From Azolla caroliniana (Eukaryota; Plantae; Polypodiophyta), in contig JBHGNT010000144.1 of the NCBI GenBank assembly GCA_043228905.1, positions 3,124 through 67,123 of the forward strand: a stretch of DNA of 64,000 bases, written 5' to 3'. Below the pieces are notes generated by a model. That model was not told the origin of the DNA and did not search any database. It worked only from the letters and a program-made list of their open reading frames with translations. The position numbers and the translations under genes were made by a program. Below are positions 53,141-64,000 of this stretch, piece by piece (the stretch's first letter is position 1; the number at the start of each line of letters is the position of its first letter).

Positions 53141-54794
53141 TTTGTACATAATCGTCTCATTTGTAAAATTTTATAACTAATGGAAGGAGTTTTTTTTGGA
53201 TAAAGAAAAGAAAAGAAAAAAGTATAGACTAAATTAACCTTGATTGAATGTAAATTGTTATTTTTGGAAAGGTTTTCATCTATCATAATAAAACAATGAT
53301 TGAAGCCTCATGATTGTGACATGTTAATAAAAATGCTACAAAATGTAAATGGGCATAAGTTACAATTTAACACAATGAAATTTGAGCAAAATCAAATGAC
53401 AATGTAGTAAATTTCCCCAAGTTGATGGCTCTTGTCTCTTATGAATCTTAATATTGGGATGAAAAATATTGGCGTATGTTTAAATTTAATGGCTTTCGAG
53501 AGGATAATAAGCATTCAAAAGTGTGGGGGAGGATGGCTTATTGTGATGAGCCTATGAAGATTTCACTTCCTAAAATTTTCAATGTCTTATTGTAGTGATC
53601 CTATCAATATTTCACTTCCTAAACTTTTCAACTTCACAAAAATCAGTGTTTTGAACTCCAATAAATTTTGTAAGGTTTCCATTTGATTGGTCTTTGAATT
53701 TGTACATCAAAATCTCATTTAGTATAAAATCCTTATCAATGTGAACATCATCGAAGAGGAAGAATTGCTTAAACTACATGTTTTCTTTTAGATCATCCAT
53801 TTGGTTTAAAGTTTTCCACAACCCAAATCGTGTAAAGACACCTTAGTATTTGATTATTATTGTGTAACTTGTTAGTGCTTTGCTGTTCCACGTTATCATT
53901 CTTGTAGATTTCACATTAGATTTTGGTCACTTTGATTAGATAATATCCACTCTCGAGTCTCAACTCACGTAAATTTATTGAATACAATTTATCTTATTTA
54001 GCTCAAAATTGGTATATTATGCCACTCTTAGATAGTCTAAAAATGGGTATACCAAAACTAGAGTAAACTAATAGCATGGGTAGAACTAATTATATAAAAA
54101 AGCCTTAGTGCACAAACTACTTTTAGTTCATGACAGTTAAATTTACTTTTCAATGGTTTCCCGCCGCTTCTTTTAGTGTTGACAAATAAAGATTATTATA
54201 TAAACAACCTATATAAATGTCTAGTTTTAAGGAATCACAAGTTTGAGTGGGGATTGTAGAACACTCGTTATGATTTGGTAAGGTGAATAATGCAAGGAAA
54301 CCTTCAAATGCCACACTAATAACCAATTATAATCAAAAGTTGTTGACCAACTAACACTCAAACTTTCGAGTGTGCTAATAAGTGCCTTCCTTAAACACAT
54401 CATATTGCTCGCGACATAACATGAGGACAACCACATCACTTGACAATTGTGTAGGTATGGAGGGCGGGTTTGCATATCACTATTCGATGGGAAATGAGAA
54501 ATGGGTTCTTATTTGATGGAGACAATCGAGGAGTAGAACCACCACATAGATGAGAAATGGGTTCTTATTTGCTGGGGGTATAGTTCGGTACTACCACGAG
54601 TGTCAACGGTGTGTGAATGTTCACAACCATTAATGTGACGTTCAAGGTAGGGTGGACATCGAGAAGAAGCCTTGGGACGGTTTAAGGAGGGTGACACAAA
54701 TATTTGTGGGTTGAATGGAGTTGGGACATTTGAATGGCTAGGTGTAAATGTGACCCTTAGCTACATAAGAACATCTCTCTCTCTCTCTCTATTT

Positions 54795-55043
54795 TATTGT
54801 AATTACCTTACCCTAGTGGTAAGTTGTTAGTACTACAAGCATTGAGTTGTGGGTTTGAAACCTAACTTCCTCACCTCTCTATTATATACTTCTTATATAC
54901 CTCGTATAAATTCACTAGATGCCAATGTGGAATGTAGGGGTTGAACCCATGACCACATGGTCTCCATCGGGCAACCTGGTTGAACCCACGACCACCTGGT
55001 CTCCATTGGGTAACCTTACCAACTGAGCTACATCCATCTGGGC
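54795..55043 (-). mobile_element. tRNA-like SINE-type repeat, best-preserved copy
   Basis: Minus strand GATGTAGCTCAGTTGGTAAGG (A-box) and GGTTCAACCCC (B-box), with an internal duplication of about 40 bp. Flanked by (AG)n. Confidence 0.65.
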
Positions 55044-55276
55044 TCTCTCTCTCTCTCCCCCCTTCACTCTCACTCTCACTCTCTCACACAGACACAAACA
55101 CAAGACACATAAGCCCTCTCTCTCTCTCTCTCTCTCCTGCACTCTCTCCCCTTCACTCTCACTCTCTCACACAGACACAAACACAAGACACATACCGCTC
55201 TCCGACAAAACCAAGGTGGAGAGAGAGAGAGCGCTGGCAGCATCTGATTGGCTAGCTCCACATACAATGAGGGAGC

Positions 55277-55285
55277 GACACGCGT
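55277..55285 (-). promoter_or_regulatory. CE3-like ABA coupling element core ACGCGTGTC
   Basis: Exact match about 390 bp upstream of the PP2C ATG; a G-box CACGTG lies at 55652-55657. Function untested. Confidence 0.35.
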
Positions 55286-55304
55286 CGTCTCTTTCCTCAC
55301 AGAT

Positions 55305-55342
<38 letters not shown>

Positions 55343-55673
55343 GAATACACAGAAACCTTTTACCGGAGAAAAAGGAGTTCTTTTTTTTACTACATAAAAC
55401 ACCATTGATTCTCTTGTCTCTCTTCTTCTTCCCCTTCTTCTTCCATCGCTTCTTGATCCCCCTCTTCCTTTTCCCTGTTTCTCTAAACCTGCCTAGATCC
55501 CTCTCTTGTCTCTGTCTCTCTGAGTGCGTGCGTGCGTGCGTGTGTGCACACACATTACAGATGTAAAAGATCGGTTCCTTATGACATAACAAACGAGTCT
55601 ATAGAATGCTACTATACAACACCATTAGGCTTCTTAGGGTTAGGATTTCTTCACGTGATCAGAACATTAGCAG

Positions 55674-58600
55674 ATGGAGGAGATAGGAGGGGGAACATCA
55701 GAGGCGGGTGATGACAAGGGTTCAGTGCTGATCAAGACCTCAGATTTGGCTCCTGAAAGATCCACGGCAGAGGACGAAGGAGGATCAGCGTTAATAGGTG
55801 CGGCTGATTCCGCCGTGGCGACTGGGAATGTTGGATCAGGTCAACAATCAAACGAGCAAGAAGAAGGACAAGAAGAAGAGGAGGAGCAGGATCAGGAGCA
55901 GGAGCAGGAGCAAGAGCAAGATCAGGAGGAGGTTAGGCCTGTAAGTAAGGCAAGAATTGGAGTGAATAATGCGGAATCGATCCGGCGACCTCCGAGGACA
56001 GGGTGGAGATCGGTGTGCGGGAGGAGGCAAGACATGGAGGACACGTTTGCGATAGCACACAACTTCCTCTCTCTTCCGCATCGCAAAGGCTTCTCTGACC
56101 TCCATTTCTTTGGTGTCTATGATGGCCATGGCGGATCGCAGGTACCAAAAACTCTGTCTGAATCAGATCAAAGTCTCCTGTGCTTCTCTGTCTTTATCTA
56201 AAAGGGAGGTTTCATATTATGGTCTTTAGGTTGTCTGCCATGGTTATGTGCTGGCTATATCTGGTCTTTGGCTTTGCCCAAAGGGCTGTTGGTGCTTGTC
56301 CCTGTTATTTGGTAGCTTTTTAAAGAAGAAGTTGTTGCCATTGGCCAAATAGATATCTCTATCTAAGGGGTGTTTCATATGCTCCCAAAGATGGGGGTGG
56401 GACGGGGGCTGGGCCGTACCCTTACCTAAGAGATGCTTCCTATTTTTTGTCTTTGGCCTTTTGCCTTTTCCTTGCTTCCTTCGCTTAGGTGTCTTATGGT
56501 CCAATGTCCTTGACCCATTTTTATCCTACCCTTAACACTAGATTGTCGATTCAAGATTGTGGTCACCCACTTAACAGAATGAGATGAATTATGGAGGTTG
56601 TTTTCACACAAGCAAATATGCTCACATGGGCACCGGAAATGTGTCTATGTCTTGTTTTGTTTGGGTTTGAGTCCTTGAATTGTTCGAACTTATTAACTTG
56701 GTATTTGAAGTCCCACGTTGGAACCATTGAAATTTAAACCATGCTTAAGGGTTGTTTACTATATAGGCCATTTCGACATTATTACACTTTCCTTACTTGC
56801 CAAAGGGGGGGTGTTTCCAATGATGTATTGTGTTTGCTTGTGTCTAGGTGGCGATCCATTGTCGGGATCATCTTCACCTTGCACTAGCGGAGGAAGTCAC
56901 CCGACAATGTGCCAATGAAGTCCAAAGGCATGTAAATGATGGGGAGCATGATCACGAAGTGTTGTGGGGGGATTGCATAAAGACCACCTTCTTGAGAATG
57001 GATTGTGAAGTGGGCTCTGGTGCAAGTAATAGTGCCAATCCTCTTCCTCCCTCATTAGGCTCAGTTGGTTCCACGGCTATCATTGCCGTGCTAAGTTATC
57101 ATCATATCATCGTTGGTAATTGTGGAGATTCTCGTGCTGTGTTATGTCGACGTCGTCAAGCTATGCCACTTTCGGAAGATCACAAAGTAAGTCTTATTGC
57201 TGTCTCTCTATCTCACAATAATGTAGCTCTTCAATGCCATTTCAATTAGGTATTTTAATTGTGTGAGGTATTTTTGTTTTGCTTAATGACAAAATCTAAG
57301 AACTCTCAATAATGACTCCATGATCCTAACTTTAAAGTCCCTTGGCAAAGTTAAAGGTTGCCCCTTCCTAAAGCATTGGAAACACATGCGTGGAAACATT
57401 ACGTTTCAAATTTTGCTTACATGTGGATCTACAAGAGATTGGTTTTATTTACCTAAGCTATTTGTTCATAAAAATAATTACTCTCGTCTTTAATAGGTTC
57501 TTAAACCTAATAATTATACATGAGAACCAATGGTCACATGTTTGAAAAGGGGAAACTTTAGTCATGGAGCAAATATCACAATCCTATATTTGTTCTAAAA
57601 CGCAAGTAGTCTTGTCTTTAATCGGTTCCTAAACCGAATAATTATTCATGAGAAACAATGTTCACATGTTTGAAAAGAGGAAACTTTAGTCATGGAGGAG
57701 AATATCACAATCCTGCAATGGACATACACATGTTGTAAGTTAGGATCTAAAAAGAAGAGGCAATCTTTTTCTTTGACATTGATCATGAGCTATTGAACTT
57801 ACCCGATTCGACTTATATTATGTTTAAAATGCTTCACTATGAAGATTCTATATTGTATATTGGAGTATACGTTTAGTAGTAAAATCTAGAGACGACATGC
57901 AATCTATAGGTGATCAAAGTAAATTAAGTGAGAATGTCAACTTTTAACCTAAAGACTACATAACAATTAAGTCTAGATTGCAAAGAATAGATGAATCACT
58001 TGACGACTCAAAATGGGATTGTTTTCATGTGATCAAGTGTAGTAGATGTTGTGTGGGAAATTGACTTATGAAAGAAGACTATTTTTGAAGTAGCAAAATG
58101 GCATTGTTTTCATTTGATTGAGTATGCTAGACGGTTAGGTTACAATTGTCAACAACTTAGAATCCATATAAAGATGGAAAAAAAGATGAACGTATTTTGA
58201 TTGCAAATATTACATGCGGAAAGAGCGTTAGTCTCTTTTAAACAATAGAAACAATAGATGTCGATTGGATATACTTAGTGCAAACCTAGTTGTCATTTAG
58301 TGTTGGTTTTCTAACTTTAGATCACTTATTGGATACACTTTTTGTGCCTCATATTCTAGCTTTGGATAAATTAGTGAATACATTATACAGAAACAAAGAT
58401 GCCACGTAGTGTTTGTCTTCTACCTAAATTACAATTGGATTGACTTTATGGGAAATTTCTAAAAACTGTCATCAAAGCATTAACGTCCAACGTGATTGTG
58501 GGGGGTCTCTTTTTCCTACCTCTCGATGATTTTTGGGCTCTTTTGGTTTGGCAAGCAACATGTTTGGCCTTTGTTAACTAAATCTGTGGGTGGAGTTTGC

Positions 58601-59552
58601 ATTTTGCTCATAGGATGGATAAGTAGCAATTTACAAGCTTAAATGCATTACCATTCACTTACTCAATGTATTACTACATGATGTCTTATGTGTGAAAATT
58701 CTAAGTTTGAGATAATCGTTTTTTATTACTTGATTGATTAACTAGTCACCAAACCAAAACTCAACACTACTAGTTTTATGAGCATACTACTTTTACTAGA
58801 TAGAATTGAAACACTACCAATTAAAAAACCCAACATTACAACTTTTATGAGCATATTACTTGAGTTAAAAAGAAACTCAAGAGATCATTAAGGAAGAATG
58901 AAATGCTAATGGCTATTCCATTGATGAGCATATGGGTCCAAGGCAAAATCCATGATCATTATGAACGACCATGACCCAATATCTTGTTAAATCTTACTTA
59001 TTGAGTAAAAGCAAATCCAAAACTAAAATCTAAAAAATGGGAAAACCAAAATTTGGGCCTCGGTTTTGATTGATTGTTTAGCTTTTGTGTTTAAACCTAA
59101 AATTTTGACTTATCCCACTTGTGTTTGGGGACAAGTGTCTCATTGTTTGCTAAAAACGTAATTTGATTTTCTGAAGTCATTGGTCAGTTAAGAGATAACT
59201 GGAATAAAACTCGATACATATTTTATGATAACATTATTGCGTGTAATAAACATATGAGATTTCTAGAACACTTTGGCTCACAGTCTACAGACAAACTATC
59301 TTTGACAAAGCCCACAAGTGCAAACAAGTCAAACACACACACACACACATACACATACACACACACATACACATACACACACATACACATACACATACAC
59401 ACACATACACATACACATACACATACACGTACACGTACGTACACATGTACGTACACATACACGTACACATACACATGCACATACACATGCACATGCACAT
59501 GCACATGCACATGCACATCCACATCCACATCCACATCCACATCCACATCCAC

Positions 59553-59613
<61 letters not shown>

Positions 59614-60313
59614 TATGTATGTGCACATACAGATGCATATACTAACATGATATGATGCTTCGTGTATCAAATATGGAGTGACCTTTAAATTATTAGGAAG
59701 ATGCATATAACCACATACATACATAATATGTTGAGCATCGTTGACAAAATGGGTTTTGTGTCGTGTGCATGTAAACAAACAACAAAATCAAAAGCCGGAG
59801 CGGGAGGATGAGATGGCTAGAATTGAAGCATCTGGCGGGAGGGTAATCTCATGGAACGGGTATCGGGTGCTTGGCATCCTTGCGATGTCCAGAGCTATAG
59901 GTGAGTGAGGCGGAAGGGGGGAGGGGGTGGGGTATTATTCATGCTATGGCGTTTGTGGGGTGCAGACATGATGATTGATGATATAGACATTGCGTTCGTT
60001 ATTTCTTTTTGTCTCAGGCGACCATTACTTCAAGCCACACGTGATAGCCGATCCCGAAGTGACAGTCACTCGCCGGTCGGATGAGGACGAGTGCCTCATT
60101 CTCGCGAGTGATGGCTTGTGGGATGTGGTGACCAACCAAGAGGCATGCAACATTGCCCGGCGGTTCCTACGCGACCCACAAACGGCCGCTGCGGCCCTCG
60201 TGTATGCGGCAAATGAGAAGGGCAGCGGAGACAACATCTCCGTCGTGGTTGTTGATCTCCGTCGCCGAGATCGATCGTCATCATCTTCTTCTTCATCGTC
60301 ATTCCCATCGTGA
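55674..60313 (+). CDS. Protein phosphatase 2C, clade A (ABI1/HAB/AHG-like); exons 55674-56141, 56848-57186, 59795-59900, 60018-60313; 402 aa
   Basis: [42 protein letters not shown]|[44 protein letters not shown] and [17 protein letters not shown] introns, in frame (1209 nt); the receptor-contacting Trp is present. Confidence 0.93.
57480..57715. repeat. Diverged tandem duplication (about 130 bp x2) in PP2C intron 2
   Basis: GTCTTTAAT.GGTT...CACATGTTTGAAAAG.GGAAACTTTAGTCATGGAG...ATATCACAATCCT occurs twice. Confidence 0.8.
59332..59615. repeat. Compound microsatellite (AC)n/(ACACAT)n/(GCACAT)n/(CCACAT)n in PP2C intron 2
   Basis: Directly visible; it explains the low-complexity ORFs in all six frames. 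Confidence 0.95.
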
Positions 60314-62585
60314 ATGTTGTTCACGAAATGAGATGACCCAATCCTGACATTCGAGTGTGGGATCATTGTCACTTGCACTATGTGGTCGTCGGATTGTCCT
60401 TTTGCCATGTCATGCCCACAAATATCCCCCCACATTGATGTGAACCGACAACCCTATGTATTGCTGCCGCATCTCACCACACACCCAATGTTCTCTATGT
60501 ATTATGCACCCCCAAAGGTATTTATTTTCCTAAATCCCACCTCTCGTCTTCCACCTTGAATTGATATTGACTCACATGCACCCCGAGATTTGTGAACAAC
60601 TGACACATTTTGAACTTTGTCTCAAAAGAGCTTCACTCTCGTCCAATTCACTATTACAATTAGGTTTTAGCTTACTTTGCATCAATGCGTTTTTGCTACT
60701 TTGTGTGTAAATGCCCTTGCTAACACATACAAAGAAACCTTCGCAAAGAGAGGCATTGTGCATGTGAAAATGATGATGTTTCTAAACTCACCAAGTTTCC
60801 TATGTAAATTAACTCACATCAAGCCAACAAAGGTATTTATTTTTTCTTATTTGGACTTTTCATCGTCCTCCTTATAGTTGATCTTCATATATAACTTGAT
60901 ATCGGACGATGACATTTTGAATATCGTTAGAAAATTCTTCTCCTTGATATTTCATCTTTATAATTAGGGTTTATCATCTTTTGTATGTGTAACAAAAAGG
61001 CGTTGATAGAGGTTATATAATTCAAGGCTAGTTGTACACTCACCTATTGCCAACAAGGGGTGTGCACATGGTGGGCAACACATTAGGAGAATTCAGTTCC
61101 TAGCACACAAGTATGTAGTGACAAATATTTGGTTTTTACATGAAAAATGTTACTTAGTATTGGAAAATGGAGCCTCATGTGCCATTTTTTGGCCCATCCA
61201 ATGAGTGAAAACCCTAGAATTCTATCTAGCTAAAAGTGTCACACTGTTTTTAGGAGTGGAACCCACTCCATTGGGTAGATGACATTTTATACTAGCCAAT
61301 TGAATTTAAAGTTCCAATAAATCTAAAATCTGAGTCACTTGAATTTATGGGTGAGTGAAACCCTTTCCCACCTAGGGAACTACCCCATTCTTGGTGGATT
61401 CAAGTGTTATACGCAATTAATTTGAGGCACTTCAAATGGGTGGCCAAAGCCATATAATCTATAATTGTCAAATATAAACATGTGATATTTGCTATAATAT
61501 ACTTACAGGAGATTATTTTGATCATTTGTTTAACATTGGTGGTGAATTATTACTCCCAACTTGCAACGATGTTGTTTTGACATTTATGTTGGGAGCATCA
61601 ATTGCTCATTATTCAAATCTCAACTTGACATGTTCCTTTATTGATATTTTCCTCCCTTCTTGTTATGTTACCATATTTCCTCTTTTCCCTATGATTGTGT
61701 ATAGTTAGATTTGTCATACAATATTTTATATTTGTTTCTTAAGTGCATGCTTTCACATTTAAGTGTCTATTAAGAAGTGATGTAGAGGATGCAACACAAA
61801 ACCATATGGTTTGTTTAATTGATACCATTCCGTTATTTTGAAAAGGAATATTTTATGCATCCTTATGAATTCATTTATCTACATGTGAATCAATTTAAAA
61901 GACAAAATAAATTAGTCAAATTAATGTTATGTGGGCATAATAATACTTGTTGGTGATTTTGTATGGCCTTAACAATTAATGATATTAGGGCAATACTTGA
62001 GTAAGACATTTGACACAATCATATGCAAGCGAAAATATATGACATTTGACACAACTAATGATCTTGATTCTATATCTTATCTCTAGTTTAATATGACATT
62101 TATATATTAAATCTTGTTGACATGCGTACATGGTTGGGTGCATGATTCCTAGGTTTTATTCATATAGATCTTTACTATGCTTATTTAGTTTGAAGCAAAG
62201 ATAGAATCCCAACATTGTTGGTCGCAAATACTAGTTATTGATGGTAGTGCTAATCATCCAGCTTAATTAATACCTTGCACTTACATATAAGGGCAAACAT
62301 GTACAATTTGTGCACAAGCTTTAAGTATATGAGTATTGAATTTGTAGCAAAGATAGAATCCCAACATTGTTGGTTGCAAATACTAGTAACTCCGATCAAA
62401 CTCAATAACCATTATCAAACTCAATAACCAACCTAGAATCCATTTAATGTGAATCTAGATAAAAAAAAATGATGGTAGTACTCATAGAACATAATAAACG
62501 TGTTTGTGCAAGCATCCAAATGTTTGAAAATGAACACGTTTGAAAAGGGAAAAATACGTGTTCCTTTTTTTCCCCTTCTTTTTTG

Positions 62586-62792
62586 GAATCTTTGAATGAA
62601 AGGAAGAGCTTCTGAGAGGACATCAACCCAATCATGTGAGGTGAAGCCACCTGTGGAGGGCAGGAACTGTGAGGCCGTGACTATCTGAGCTTTGTAAATC
62701 GGCTTGTACCTGAATTTTCGCCTATGCAATCTGGTAGTAGAAGGAGGTATTGCGGCAATAAACCATAGCTACGATATTACGGGCATGAGCAT
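62586..62792 (-). pseudogene. N-terminal fragment of plastid N-acetylglutamate kinase (transit peptide plus first helix)
   Basis: MLMPVIS*LWFIAAIPPSTTRLHRRKFR...DWVDVLSEALPFIQRF resembles the plant NAGK mature start (V.ILSE.LPFIQKFRGKT). It breaks off before GKTIVVKYGG and has an in-frame stop. Confidence 0.6.
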
Positions 62793-63669
62793 ATAATATC
62801 CCGTGGTAAGATTGTACCATAGTATTTTAGACATGTGGATAAAGTGTGAGGGTTAAACGAGAGTGTAAAGAAGGGAAGGATTATTTTTAATCATTGGGAT
62901 TGAGACAACCCATTAAGGCCAAGTGTGAACTTGCCTGGCGCAAGTAACAGGTACGACTCGACGCCACATTGGTGGTATGGGACGCTGATTGCGGCTCGAG
63001 TCTATCTCGATCCCTTTGCTCGGGGGTGGTCGAGTGGATCCACAACCTTTTTTCTCTCTCTCTCCTCTCTCCTCTCTTATCTATTTATCTATATTATCCT
63101 TATCATATGCTTACGTTAGTAGCTAGCTCTAACATGCAAACTCGAAAGGGAAGATAAGGCGACGAGATCGAGGTGAGAAGCCATCACTGCTTCAAACCTT
63201 CAATTTATTGTAGGTTTAAAAAAAAATTGTCGCTAAGGAGGAAGAGGCCACAATCAGGAATATTTTTCATGTGCCAAGGAGTGTCCAAGAAGAAGATGAT
63301 AATTGAGAGATCAGAACATTGATAATTGCAAGACGAGCTCATCATCAATACAATTTATGTCTTTAAACTATTTGACTTTTATGTTCGTGCTTTCTAATGT
63401 TCCAATTGTGATGTATGTGTGTATGTGTTTCAATTGTGATGACATGTGATTCAATCAATCTATGATATAGAACATAATCACTTTTTGAAATTCCAATCTT
63501 TATTTTTTTTCCACCTTATAAATCCAATCCAACTTTGAGATGATTTACCATACATGTTTGATTGAAACATACTCGAATGCAAATGCGTATGGTAAACGTA
63601 TGGTTAATTCTATGGTAGTACTAATTGTAAAGAATCGGATGGATTCTGTGCAGCGGAAGAATTGTGTGC

Positions 63670-63704
<35 letters not shown>

Positions 63705-63829
63705 AAGATATATTAACGTCTTCTAAGGACAAAATTGGCCCATGAGACAATTGGTTTACAACAAAATGGGATATTTACCCATTCATCGAAAGTAAAAATG
63801 AAAAAAAATAAAAAAATAAAAAAATAGAT

Positions 63830-64000
63830 TACTCTATATTCTAGAATGTCCTAGAATATTCTAGAGTAATCCATATTACTCTATAGGGACTTATAAATAA
63901 GGATCTATCAATCCTCCAAAAACCAAATTGGTTCAACGCCATCCTATAGCTCCCTACTGTCTACTCTTTGTACTCCATCTTATATTGCAATACAATACTT
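63830..64000 (+). mobile_element. Probable start of another chromovirus-type LTR
   Basis: TATATTCTAGA....AGAATATTCTAGA, then TATAAATA, then AATTGGTTCAACGCC, in the same layout as LTR 16564-17002. Runs off the window. Confidence 0.5.

Noticed and set aside
54940-55040. Functional tRNA gene
   Set aside because: A/B boxes are present but there is no convincing cloverleaf; internal duplication and dispersed diverged copies point to a repeat.
59223-59778. His/Thr- or Cys/Val-rich ORFs
   Set aside because: They are translations of an intronic microsatellite.

Overview
Transposon-dense eukaryotic nuclear DNA, most likely from a non-seed land plant (inferred from the gene and transposon types). Two intact intron-containing host genes sit near the ends: a SKIP24-like F-box gene (1129-4644) and a clade A (ABI1/HAB-type) PP2C (55674-60313). 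Between them, a minus-strand Ty1/copia element (7693-35167) carries four nested insertions: a 6.7-kb TIR DNA transposon, a self-priming chromovirus, a gag-only element with a tRNA-Trp primer site, and a second copia. Further copia, LINE, MITE and hAT-like debris follows. The standout is the 6.7-kb element (9497-16234; 35-bp TIRs, 4-bp TCAA target duplication). It encodes a Sola-like DDD transposase on one strand and, divergently, a spliced gene fusing a ParB/Srx-like domain to a prokaryote-type beta-class N6A/N4C DNA methyltransferase. A second, diverged relic of that methyltransferase with identical intron positions lies at 6577-7075, so this appears to be a family. Both copies are decayed. 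Family names come from motifs recognised by eye, not from database searches.
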